In this document: piece by piece, positions 25,557 to 33,682 of the stretch
Layout: each line of letters opens with the position of its first letter
Numbering within the stretch: position 1 is the stretch's first letter
Assembly (NCBI GenBank): GCA_947626805.1
Contig: CANQTR010000003.1
Location: 1-54,120, forward strand
Reading direction: 5' to 3'
Source of the DNA: an uncultured Clostridia bacterium
GTDB taxonomy: Bacteria > Bacillota > Clostridia > Oscillospirales > CAG-382
DNA length: 54,120 bases
Translations under genes and position numbers: made by a program
The notes under the pieces: model-generated
Database searches by the model: none
What the model was told of the DNA's origin: nothing
Seen by the model: the letters and a program-made list of their open reading frames with translations, nothing else

Positions 25557-26258
25557 ATGAAACGAACCAAAAAAGTCCTGCTCCCGACGCTCGCGGCGCT
25601 CCTTCTGCTGTCCGCGTGTTTCGCGGCGCTCCCGGCGGGCGCGTCCGGCGAACCCACGCTGCTCGGCGACGTGTCGCTCGACGGAACCGTCGATTCCGCG
25701 GATTACCTGCTCCTCAAGCGGGCGATGCTCGGCACCTTCACCCTCGACGGCATGCGGCGGCAGAACGCCGACCTGACGCAGGACGGCACCGTCGATTCGA
25801 CGGATTACCTGCTGCTCAAACGGGTCATGCTCGGCACCTTCACGCTCACCGGCGGCGGGCAATCCGCACCCGCGAAAACCGACGCGGAAGAGGTCCTTCG
25901 GCTGGTCAACGAGAACCGCGCGGCGGACGGCAAAGCCGCTCTGACCCTGTCCGACAGGCTCTGTGAACTCGCCCTGCTGAAAGCGCAGGACATGATTCTC
26001 AACGACTACTTCGACCACGTTTCCCCGACCTACGGCTCGCCGGGCGATATGCTCGAACGGTTCGGCGTACCCTACACCGCCGTCGGCGAGAACATCGCCT
26101 ACGGATTTGTCACCCCGGCGGACGTCATGGACGGCTGGATGAACTCCCCGGGGCACCGCGCCAATATCCTCGACGCGCATTTCACCGAACTCGGCGTCGC
26201 CAAAGCGGTCGCCCCGAACGGGAGATGCTACTGGGTCCAGATTTTCCGCCACCCGTGA
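25557..26258 (+). CDS. Secreted dockerin + CAP/SCP (YkwD-like) domain protein
   Basis: Signal peptide; two dockerin repeats (GDVSLDGTVDSADYLLLKR, ADLTQDGTVDSTDYLLLKR); CAP blocks HVSPTYGSPGDM, GENIAYG, GWMNSPGHRANIL. Confidence 0.85.
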   Translation: MKRTKKVLLPTLAALLLLSACFAALPAGASGEPTLLGDVSLDGTVDSADYLLLKRAMLGTFTLDGMRRQNADLTQDGTVDSTDYLLLKRVMLGTFTLTGGGQSAPAKTDAEEVLRLVNENRAADGKAALTLSDRLCELALLKAQDMILNDYFDHVSPTYGSPGDMLERFGVPYTAVGENIAYGFVTPADVMDGWMNSPGHRANILDAHFTELGVAKAVAPNGRCYWVQIFRHP

Positions 26259-26319
26259 CGCCCCGGCATTTGAAAAAACAAAAATACGGGGGAAGTCCGA
26301 AAAAAACGGGTTCCCCCCC

Positions 26320-26348
26320 TTGACAAAACCGAAAAAATAGCGTATCAT
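26320..26348 (+). promoter_or_regulatory. Sigma-A type promoter for rnj
   Basis: TTGACA, 17-nt spacer, TATCAT; leaves a 5' UTR of about 110 nt. Confidence 0.6.
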
Positions 26349-26462
26349 AGAATGGTTCGGCTTGTCGGACCGCCAAACGACGCTACATACGTTCCGTACC
26401 GCGAAAGCGCGCCTTCCGCGGAAAAAGATAAACCCAAAAACCACGCAAAGCAAAGGAGAACT

Positions 26463-28316
26463 ATGAGAAAGAAAATCGACCGGGAACCCTCGCGAACGGA
26501 AACCGCGAAGTCCCGGAAAGCACCCGCACCCAAGCCGGCGCCCGCGAAGGATTCGGCGCCCGCCAAACGCCGGAACGGCAAAGCCGCGTCCGCCGGCGAA
26601 CCCAAAACCGCCGCCCCGTCCGCGCGGCGCGGACACACCGCCCGGAGCGCGCCCGCCGCGACCGCACCCGTCAAAATCATTCCGCTCGGCGGCGTCGACG
26701 GCATCGGCATGAACATCACCGCGTTCGAATACGGGGACGACATCATCGTCGTCGATTGCGGCATTTCCTTCCCGAAGGAGGATATGCCCGGCGTCGACGT
26801 CGTCACGCCGGACTTCACCTACCTCCAGCGCAACGCGCAAAAATTGCGCGGTCTGCTGCTGACCCACGGGCACGAGGACCACATCGGCGCGGTCCCCTAC
26901 CTGCTCAAAAAAGTCAAGTGCGACGTGTACGGCACCCGCCTGACGCTCGGTATCCTCGACGGCAAGCTCAACGAGCACAACATCCGCACCGACGACCTCT
27001 ACGAGGTCCGCGCGGGCGAGGTCGTCACGCTCGGCGCGTTCGACGTCGAATTCATTCACGTCAACCATTCCATGCCCGACGCGGTCGCGCTCTGTATCAC
27101 GACCCCTTGCGGGCGTATCATCCACACCGGCGACTTCAAAATCGACTTCACCCCCATCGGCACGACGCCGATTGACCTCGGTCGTTTCGCCGAACTCGGC
27201 AAGCAGGGGGTCCGGTTGCTGCTGTGCGACTCCACGAACGCCGAACGCCCCGGCTACACGCCGAGCGAAAGCACGCTGACCGCGTCCTTCGACCGTATCT
27301 TCAACGACGACCAGCGGCGCGTCGTCATCGCCACCTTCTCCTCGAACGTCCACCGCGTCCAGCAGATTCTCGAGGCGTGCGCCCGTTGCGGACGCAAGGT
27401 CGCCCTGACCGGGCGGAGCCTGCAGAACGTCTTGCGCGCGGCACAGGAATTGGGGTATATCACGATTCCCGAAGGGCTCGTCATCGACCTCGCCGACTGC
27501 AAGCACTACCCGCCCGAAAAACTCGCCATCATCACGACCGGCAGTCAGGGCGAGCCGATGAGCGCGCTCTACCGCATGGCGTTCGGGGCGCACCCCATGG
27601 TGTCGCTCGGTCCGACCGACCTCGTCGTGCTGTCCGCGTCCTGTATTCCCGGCAACGAGAAACTGGTCACGACCATCATCAACGAGCTGTACAAGCGCAA
27701 CGTGTCCGTCATCACCGACCGCACGGACGACGTGCACGTTTCCGGTCACGCCTGCCGCGAGGAACTCAAACTCCTGCACAGCCTCGTGCACGCGGACTGC
27801 TTCGTCCCGCTGCACGGCGAATACAAGCACCTCGTCGCCCACGCGAACCTCGCCAAGGAACTCGGCATGAAACCGAAGAACGTCCTCCTGCCGGAAGCCG
27901 GTCGTATCATCGAGCTCGACCGCAACGGGATTCACGAGGCGGGCACGGTCGAAGCCGGCACGGTCATGATTGACAGCGGCGGCGGGGACGGCGTGGAATC
28001 GGCGGTCTTGCGCGACCGTACCAACCTGTCCGAAAGCGGCGTCGTGTTCCTCACGGCGGGCGTCGACCGCGCGGGCGAATTGGCGTTCGGTCCGGAAATC
28101 GTTACCCGCGGGTTCGTCTACGTCAAGGAGAGCGAGGAACTGCTCCGCTATCTCGCGGATATGGCGCGCAAACTGTTGCAGAAATCCCTCGACCGCGGCT
28201 TGACCGACCCGACCGCCCTCGGCGCGCGCCTGAAGGACGATATGTTCAATATCATCTTCCAAAAAACCCGCCGCAAGCCGGTCATCGTCACGCTGATTAC
28301 CGAGGTGGAAAGGTAA
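26463..28316 (+). CDS. rnj: Ribonuclease J with Lys/Ala/Pro-rich N-terminal extension
   Basis: VKIIPLGGVDGIGMNITAFEY, THGHEDHIG metallo-beta-lactamase motif, beta-CASP and C-terminal domain; AAAGGAGAA before the ATG at 26463. Confidence 0.9.
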   Translation: MRKKIDREPSRTETAKSRKAPAPKPAPAKDSAPAKRRNGKAASAGEPKTAAPSARRGHTARSAPAATAPVKIIPLGGVDGIGMNITAFEYGDDIIVVDCGISFPKEDMPGVDVVTPDFTYLQRNAQKLRGLLLTHGHEDHIGAVPYLLKKVKCDVYGTRLTLGILDGKLNEHNIRTDDLYEVRAGEVVTLGAFDVEFIHVNHSMPDAVALCITTPCGRIIHTGDFKIDFTPIGTTPIDLGRFAELGKQGVRLLLCDSTNAERPGYTPSESTLTASFDRIFNDDQRRVVIATFSSNVHRVQQILEACARCGRKVALTGRSLQNVLRAAQELGYITIPEGLVIDLADCKHYPPEKLAIITTGSQGEPMSALYRMAFGAHPMVSLGPTDLVVLSASCIPGNEKLVTTIINELYKRNVSVITDRTDDVHVSGHACREELKLLHSLVHADCFVPLHGEYKHLVAHANLAKELGMKPKNVLLPEAGRIIELDRNGIHEAGTVEAGTVMIDSGGGDGVESAVLRDRTNLSESGVVFLTAGVDRAGELAFGPEIVTRGFVYVKESEELLRYLADMARKLLQKSLDRGLTDPTALGARLKDDMFNIIFQKTRRKPVIVTLITEVER

Positions 28317-28321
28317 TACAA

Positions 28322-28403
28322 GTGCGGCTCCGCCGCACCATTCAAGGGGACTTTTTGAAAAAATTCCCCTTGAAAATCCCCCAAAAACTTTTCAAATGGG
28401 GGG
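28322..28403 (+). repeat. Modular interspersed repeat, copy k
   Basis: GTGCGGC-TCC-GCCGCAC, then CATTCAAGGGGACTTTTTGAAAAAATTCCCCTTGAAAATCCCCCAAAAACTTTTCAAATGGGGGG; starts 5 nt after the rnj stop. Confidence 0.9.
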
Positions 28404-28428
28404 TTCCGAACAATCCCACACACACAAA

Positions 28429-28456
28429 ACCGTCCCGCGCAACGGGGCGGTTTTCT
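28429..28456 (+). terminator. Rho-independent terminator of rnj, distal to repeat k
   Basis: ACCGTCCCG-CGCAA-CGGGGCGGT followed by TTTTCT. Confidence 0.7.
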
Positions 28457-28614
28457 CGACTTTATGCGCGGCGGCGCGGGGCTTTGCGCGACTTTGCCCC
28501 CGTGCCGCCTTGCACCGGGATTTCCCCATGCAAGGTGGGTTCCCGCTTTGCCCATCAAAAGAGGCAAACCGCTTTCCCCATCAAAAGCGGGAAACCGCTT
28601 TTGATAGTATGCGC

Positions 28615-28765
28615 ACCCCCTTCGGAACGTGACGACAACGCCGAACGATTTGAACCCGGCGGGTGCGAGCGCATTATAAACACCCAAACCGAAAAGTTTT
28701 TGAAGATTTTTAAGGGACTTTTTCAAAAAGTCCCTTAAATAGGGTTTGGGGCAACGCCCCAAGAA
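28615..28765 (-). repeat. Modular interspersed repeat, copy l (A-B-C plus tail type 2)
   Basis: Perfect B palindrome TTAAGGGACTTTTTCAAAAAGTCCCTTAA; the tail at 28615-28675 resembles the copy e tail. Confidence 0.85.
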
Positions 28766-28886
28766 ACCCACGCAACGCCCCAACAAAGCCCCCCAAAAAA
28801 CGGCGCGGAATCCGCGCCGTTTTTCCGTTCCCCCGCCGCGTCCCCTCCGTTCTCGAAAAAATTTATCGCAAAACGATAAAAAATAC

Positions 28887-28915
28887 TTGACAAACGATAA
28901 AGAACGTGCTATACT
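28887..28915 (+). promoter_or_regulatory. Sigma-A type promoter of the DUF2975-HTH operon with flanking operator-like repeats
   Basis: TTGACA, 17-nt spacer, TATACT; TTATCG-N5-CGATAA palindrome at 28863-28879 and a second AAACGATAAA at 28893. Confidence 0.6.
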
Positions 28916-28969
28916 GTCCGCAAGAAAGCAAAAAAAGCAACGCAACGAAAAGAAAGGGAAAAAACACCC

Positions 28970-29449
28970 ATGAAACAATCCACGCTTTCCGTATGGCTCA
29001 AATGCGTCCTCGCGGGGGTAGGCGTTTGCGGGCTCGCGGTGTACGCGGGCGTCATTCCGCTCCTCGCGCAAGAGGCGGTCCGCGCGTACCCGGAATTCGC
29101 GGGCTGGTTTTGGCCGTGGCTGACCCTGATTTGGGCGACCGCGCTCCCGTGCTACGCCGCGCTCGTCTTTGCGTGGCGCGTCGCCGTCAACATCGGCTAC
29201 GACCAGTCCTTCTCCGTCGCGAACGCGAAGTTGCTGCAGTGGATAGCCGTCCTTGCGGCAGTCGACGCCGCCGTCTTTTTCGTCGGGAACCTGCTGTTCC
29301 TGCTGTTCGGCGTGAACCACCCGTCCATCGTCCTGTTCTCCCTGCTGTTTTCCTTCGCCGGCGTCGCCGTTTCCGTCGCGTGCGCCGCGCTGTCGCACCT
29401 TGTCCGCAAAGCCGCCGACCTGCAAACCCAGAGCGACCTGACCATTTAA
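28970..29449 (+). CDS. DUF2975-family membrane protein
   Basis: Four hydrophobic helices, about 160 aa, immediately upstream of a YozG-like HTH gene (the usual pairing). Confidence 0.7.
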   Translation: MKQSTLSVWLKCVLAGVGVCGLAVYAGVIPLLAQEAVRAYPEFAGWFWPWLTLIWATALPCYAALVFAWRVAVNIGYDQSFSVANAKLLQWIAVLAAVDAAVFFVGNLLFLLFGVNHPSIVLFSLLFSFAGVAVSVACAALSHLVRKAADLQTQSDLTI

Positions 29450-29461
29450 GGAGGGACCACC

Positions 29462-29692
29462 ATGGAAGACGAAATCATCTTCAACATCGACGTCATGCTC
29501 GCCAAACGCAAAATGAGCGTGACCGAACTCGCGGAACGGGTCGGCATCACGATTGCAAACATCTCCATCCTGAAAAACGGCAAGGCGAAAGCGCTGAAAA
29601 TCACCACGCTCGCCAAACTTTGCGCGGCGCTCGACTGCCAACCGGGCGACCTGCTCGAATACCGTAAGCGCCAATCCGGGGGCCGCGAATGA
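29462..29692 (+). CDS. XRE-family HTH regulator (YozG-like)
   Basis: NIDVMLAKRKMSVTELAERVGITIANISILKNGKAKALKITTLAKLCAALDCQPGDLLEY; AGGAGG RBS. Confidence 0.9.
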   Translation: MEDEIIFNIDVMLAKRKMSVTELAERVGITIANISILKNGKAKALKITTLAKLCAALDCQPGDLLEYRKRQSGGRE

Positions 29693-30171
29693 AAAAATCC
29701 AAAAAAATCTTCCTGCTCGTCGGAACCGCCGTGGTCGCCGCCACCCTGCTCGCGTTTACCGTCTGGGCGGTCCGCTATGTGAGCTATGTGCAGGATTTTT
29801 GGGCGGCGAGAGCGCTGGAAGGGTCGTATTCCGGCGTGGATACCATCGGCTGGCCGCACGCGGGGGATATTCTGCTCGCGATGCTCCTCATCCTGTTCCC
29901 GATTTTGCTGACGGAACTTTCCCTGCTTCGGAACGGCCGCCTGTTCTGGGCGGAAAATCCGTCGAACTGCCGAATTTTCCTGTGTGCGCTCTCCTCCCTG
30001 CTCGCGCTGTACGTGCCGGTCATGCTGTTACTGGCGTTCGTGGTCAGCGGACCCACGGGTACGCTCGCGGGGTCCGTCCAAAATGCGGCGCGCCTCTTTT
30101 GCCTCTATTGGAGTTGGCCGACGCTCCTCGTATCGTTCCTGCTCGGCGGAACCGGCAGGCGCCGTGCATAA
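29689..30171 (+). CDS. Hypothetical polytopic membrane protein
   Basis: ATGA overlap with the HTH gene; 4-5 hydrophobic helices. Confidence 0.6.
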   Translation: MKKSKKIFLLVGTAVVAATLLAFTVWAVRYVSYVQDFWAARALEGSYSGVDTIGWPHAGDILLAMLLILFPILLTELSLLRNGRLFWAENPSNCRIFLCALSSLLALYVPVMLLLAFVVSGPTGTLAGSVQNAARLFCLYWSWPTLLVSFLLGGTGRRRA

Positions 30172-30278
30172 CGGGGCTTCTCCCCGCCCCCCATTCAAGG
30201 GGACTTTTTGAAAAAATGCCCGGGAACTTTTCATAAAAGTTCCCGAAAATCCCCCAAAAACTTTTCGGTTTAGGGTTC
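30172..30278 (+). repeat. Modular interspersed repeat, copy m (extra hairpin inserted in B)
   Basis: CGGGGCTTCTCCCCGCCCCCCATTCAAGGGGACTTTTTGAAAAAATGCCCGGGAACTTTTCATAAAAGTTCCCGAAAATCCCCCAAAAACTTTTCGGTTTAGGG; begins at the stop codon. Confidence 0.85.
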
Positions 30279-30296
30279 AAAATAAGCCCGTACACG

Positions 30297-30327
30297 CAAA
30301 AAACGCCCCGAAAACGGGACGTTTTTT
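30297..30327. terminator. Bidirectional rho-independent terminator
   Basis: AAAAAA-ACGCCCCG-AAAA-CGGGACGT-TTTTTT between convergent genes (one stem mismatch). Confidence 0.65.
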
Positions 30328-30347
30328 GCTCGTTTGAAAGCTTCGCC

Positions 30348-30665
30348 TTATTCTTGCGTTTCGGATGCAACGGACGACGTTTCGGAAGTCGTGGTATTGT
30401 TGCTCGGCAGTTTCGCAAGCGACGTAACCGTGTACAGCGCGATGACCAGCACAACGAAAACGATAGAGCAATACACCGTCCACTTTTCGAACTTCTTGCC
30501 CTTCTTCGCGGCTTCCGTCTTGTTGAGGTAGGAGTTCGTCGAGGAGTTGCCACTGATGACGTTTTCCAACCCCTTGCGCTTGCCCTGCTGACGCGTAATC
30601 ATGAAAATCAGCACCACCGCAAGCACCAAAATCACAGAACCGATGATATATTGCAGAATCGTCAT
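30348..30665 (-). CDS. secG: Preprotein translocase subunit SecG
   Basis: Two TM helices with QQGKRKGLENVISG loop (SecG LLQxGKGxGLxG pattern); Ser/Thr-rich tail; ATG at 30665. Confidence 0.7.
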   Translation of the reverse strand: MTILQYIIGSVILVLAVVLIFMITRQQGKRKGLENVISGNSSTNSYLNKTEAAKKGKKFEKWTVYCSIVFVVLVIALYTVTSLAKLPSNNTTTSETSSVASETQE

Positions 30666-30719
30666 ATCTTTTTCCATTCCTTTCCGGCATTCGCACGGTC
30701 ATACCGCGCAAGCATAAGC

Positions 30720-30748
30720 AGTATAGCACATTCGCGCGCGGATTGCAA
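30720..30748 (-). promoter_or_regulatory. Sigma-A type promoter for secG
   Basis: Minus strand TTGCAA, 17-nt spacer, TGcTATACT. Confidence 0.55.
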
Positions 30749-30775
30749 GAGGATTTTCCCTTTTTTTGCAAAAAT

Positions 30776-32224
30776 TCACGATTTGTTCACATCTTTGGGT
30801 CCACCCTTGCGCTTTCCGCCCTCCCGCCGGCGGAACCACTTCACGACGCGGACGATAAACAGCACGACCGTGATGAGAATCCACACGCCGATGATTGCGA
30901 AAACGATGCGCAGCAGTTTCCCCATCGCCCCGCCGAACAGGAAATCCCCCAGCCCGGAGACCGCGTTCTTGAGCGCGTCCGTGCCGACCGATTCCCGCGC
31001 GACCAGCTCCACCGTCGCGACCACCGCCCCGTCCTGCAGGAACGAAACGCTCCCCAGCACGTCCCCCTGCCGGACCGGCGGGTCGACCGTGTTCCAGTTC
31101 TTCCCGTTGAATTCGCTCTCGTAGACCTTTTCCGCGTCGAACGTGATTTGCTTCGTGATCGGGTGGTCGTCGCCGTTCGGGACCATCAGCTCGACCGCCT
31201 CGGCGGGAACCAGAAGCAGAAAATCCTTTTCCGCCCCGCCGCCCATACGCAATTCGGTGAGGATATCGTCCGTTTTGCAGAGCGAAACGAACCCGAAGTG
31301 CTCCAGCACATACGGGACCATTTTGAGCATATCCTCGTAGGCGTTGCCGGGGTCGAACCAGGTCTTTCCGCCGTCCACCCGAGCGCCCGGCGCGCCCATG
31401 ACGGCGAACACGTACGCGATGCCCTCCTGCTCGCAAGCGGTCAGGACGCAGTAGTTCCCCCCGTCCGTCGCCTGCCCCGCGATGAGCCCAATCGCGCCCT
31501 CCAGCAGGTAGCCGTCCACGACGAACGAGGATTTGAGGTAGTTCTTATTGTGGATTCGCCCGTAGGACTCGCAATCGGAAAGCTCCACGAGGTCGTTGTA
31601 GCGGTAGAACGCGGCGGTCAGCCGAACGGCGTCCGTGACCGTCGTCGTGCCGGTCCCGCCGTAGCCAATCGTGTCGCCGAAAACCGTATGCTCCAGCCCG
31701 AGTTCCTGTGCGCGCGCATTCATCCGCGCGAGGAAGGCGCTTTCGGCGTTCGCCGGCGGTTCGGACATCAGCGTTTCGGCGCAATAATGCACGAGGCAGG
31801 CGCACGCGTCGTTCGCGTTCGCGACCAGCGACGTAGCGAACAGGTACTCCAGCGAATAGGTTTCCCCCTCCGCCAAACCGAGGTAGGGCGAACTACGGTC
31901 GCCGACCGCATACGTCCCCTGCACCCACGTCTGCCGGACGGTCACTTCCCGGCTCAACGGCACGTCGCAGGCGGTCAGAATGTCCCGCGCCGTCATCAGC
32001 GCCGCGAGCTTTGTCAGCACGCCGGGCGCGAACGTTTCGTCCCCGCGCGTGCTTGTCAGCACCTGTTCCGTGTCGACGCAATACGCCGCCGTCGCGTTGA
32101 CCAACGTCGGCGCCGCGGGCTGTTCCCCGGTCGCGGAGACCCCCGCCGGGAGGACCGCAAGCAGGCAGACGACCAGCAGAAAAACCGCCGCCGCCCGTAT
32201 ATTTCTACGCGTTTTCGTACGCAT
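30776..32224 (-). CDS. Peptidase S11 (D-alanyl-D-alanine carboxypeptidase) homolog lacking catalytic motifs, C-terminal TM anchor
   Basis: Signal peptide and overall S11-like order, but PGVLTK replaces SxxK, VANANDA replaces SGN, GLIAGQ replaces KTG; AGGAGG 6 nt before the ATG at 32224. Confidence 0.65.
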   Translation of the reverse strand: MRTKTRRNIRAAAVFLLVVCLLAVLPAGVSATGEQPAAPTLVNATAAYCVDTEQVLTSTRGDETFAPGVLTKLAALMTARDILTACDVPLSREVTVRQTWVQGTYAVGDRSSPYLGLAEGETYSLEYLFATSLVANANDACACLVHYCAETLMSEPPANAESAFLARMNARAQELGLEHTVFGDTIGYGGTGTTTVTDAVRLTAAFYRYNDLVELSDCESYGRIHNKNYLKSSFVVDGYLLEGAIGLIAGQATDGGNYCVLTACEQEGIAYVFAVMGAPGARVDGGKTWFDPGNAYEDMLKMVPYVLEHFGFVSLCKTDDILTELRMGGGAEKDFLLLVPAEAVELMVPNGDDHPITKQITFDAEKVYESEFNGKNWNTVDPPVRQGDVLGSVSFLQDGAVVATVELVARESVGTDALKNAVSGLGDFLFGGAMGKLLRIVFAIIGVWILITVVLFIVRVVKWFRRREGGKRKGGPKDVNKS

Positions 32225-33131
32225 TCCGTTCCTCCTTCGCGGTTTCGACCGCGCGAATATCCCGCGCCATCTGCTCCCGCAGCGCGTCCACCGTCCCGAA
32301 CCGCCGCTCCTCCCGCAGCATCCGAAGGAAGGACACGCGCACGGTCTCCCCATACAGTTCGCCCCCGCCGTACCCGAGCAGGTGCGTTTCCAACAGCGGC
32401 AGACCGTCGGACGTGACCGTCGGCTTGACCCCGACGTTCGTCACCCCGCGGTACCGCCCGCCGCCGCAAAAGACTTCCGTTTCATACACCCCGAACCGGG
32501 GCAGGACCCGCCCCGCCGGCGGGATTTGATTGAGCGTCGGGAACCCCAGCGCCCGCGCGAGCGAACGCCCCCGGCAGACCGGCAGGCAGAACCCGTACGG
32601 ACGACCCAGCATCCGCCCCGCCCCTTCGACGTCCCCGCAAAGCAACCGCCGACGAATCTCCGTCGACGAGACCTTCACCCCGTCCAGCAGGACCGGCGGC
32701 AGGACCTCCGTGCGCGGGAACAGCGAGCGCATGGTCCCGCAATCCCCGGCGCGGTCCTTCCCGAACCGAAAATCGCTCCCGACCGCGACGGCGCGGCAAT
32801 CCAGCCGCTCCCGCAGGTACGTTTGCGCGAATTCCGCACAGGAAAGCCCCCGCAGCGCCCCGTAATCGGCGATATACACCCCGGCGGCGCCGAGCGACGC
32901 GAACCGTTCCAGCCGTTCGGGTTCGTCGGAGAGCGCTTGCGCCCGTTTCGGGTTTTCCGAAAACGTGAACACGACCGGCGCCGCCCCGCACTCCGCCGCG
33001 AGCGCGCAAAGCCGGCGCAGGAGCGTCTGGTGGGCGATATGGACCCCGTCGAACATCCCGATAGCGACCGCGACCGGGCGGCGCGGAAAAGCCGACCCGT
33101 CCGATTCCCGATACACCCCGACTTCTTCCAT
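32205..33131 (-). CDS. ribF: Bifunctional riboflavin kinase / FAD synthetase
   Basis: VAIGMFDGVHIAHQ, FTFSENP, riboflavin kinase block GFPTLN...GVTNVGVKPT; overlaps the next gene by 20 nt. Confidence 0.9.
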   Translation of the reverse strand: MEEVGVYRESDGSAFPRRPVAVAIGMFDGVHIAHQTLLRRLCALAAECGAAPVVFTFSENPKRAQALSDEPERLERFASLGAAGVYIADYGALRGLSCAEFAQTYLRERLDCRAVAVGSDFRFGKDRAGDCGTMRSLFPRTEVLPPVLLDGVKVSSTEIRRRLLCGDVEGAGRMLGRPYGFCLPVCRGRSLARALGFPTLNQIPPAGRVLPRFGVYETEVFCGGGRYRGVTNVGVKPTVTSDGLPLLETHLLGYGGGELYGETVRVSFLRMLREERRFGTVDALREQMARDIRAVETAKEERNAYENA

Positions 33132-33162
33132 CGCACCGTCCGCCCCTTCTGGATTTATTTCT

Positions 33163-33191
33163 ATGATACCTGTTTTTTGTCGGTTTGTCAA
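33163..33191 (-). promoter_or_regulatory. Sigma-A type promoter for ribF
   Basis: Minus strand TTGACA, 17-nt spacer, TATCAT. Confidence 0.6.
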
Positions 33192-33212
33192 GTCATTTCC
33201 CGGAAAAGTAAC

Positions 33213-33249
33213 GAAAAAAGCGGAAAGCGGACATATGCCCGCCTTCCGC
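33213..33249 (-). terminator. Rho-independent terminator
   Basis: GCGGAAGGCGGG-CATAT-GTCCGCTTTCCGC on the minus strand followed by TTTTTT. Confidence 0.7.
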
Positions 33250-33264
33250 ACGTCCGGTTTTTCG

Positions 33265-33516
33265 TCAAACGATGAACCGTTCAAACTTGTGGTAGCAGTC
33301 GAAATCCGCCTCCACATAAAGCACATCCCACGCCACGCGCGCCATATGCGCGCCAAGCAGGCTCTTCGCGTTGATTTTCATATTCTCGCCGACCAGATAG
33401 ACCTCGCCTTCGCAGGAATGGGCGATTCGGTTGAACTCGTTGACGTCGCTGACCGTATCCAGCACCACGCGGTACTGATAACTGCACGACTGCCGAATGC
33501 TCTTAACGCTTTTCAT
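33265..33516 (-). CDS. Small HPr-family-like protein
   Basis: VLDTVSDVNEFNRIA...VYLVGENMKINAKSLLG pattern recalled from short clostridial HPr-family proteins; AAGGAGG 8 nt before the ATG at 33516. Confidence 0.5.
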   Translation of the reverse strand: MKSVKSIRQSCSYQYRVVLDTVSDVNEFNRIAHSCEGEVYLVGENMKINAKSLLGAHMARVAWDVLYVEADFDCYHKFERFIV

Positions 33517-33555
33517 ACGCATTCCCTCCTTTTGCTCCCCTTTCGGAGCATCTAC

Positions 33556-33584
33556 AGGATAGCATATCCCCGCCGAAAAGTCAA
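33556..33584 (-). promoter_or_regulatory. Sigma-A type promoter
   Basis: Minus strand TTGACT, 17-nt spacer, TGcTATCCT. Confidence 0.5.
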
Positions 33585-33682
33585 GAGGGAAAGTTGACGT
33601 ATTTTACAAATTCATTTCTTTATTTTTGTACATTCTGCCTACAAATTCAGCGTACACGACAAACTCGTCCACGCGAAATTGG

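Noticed and set aside
25344-28262. 972-aa ORF on the minus strand
   Set aside because: It is antisense to the dockerin-CAP gene and rnj (clear HGHEDH metallo-beta-lactamase motif on plus). It has no RBS or motifs and a biased Arg/Gly/Val composition.
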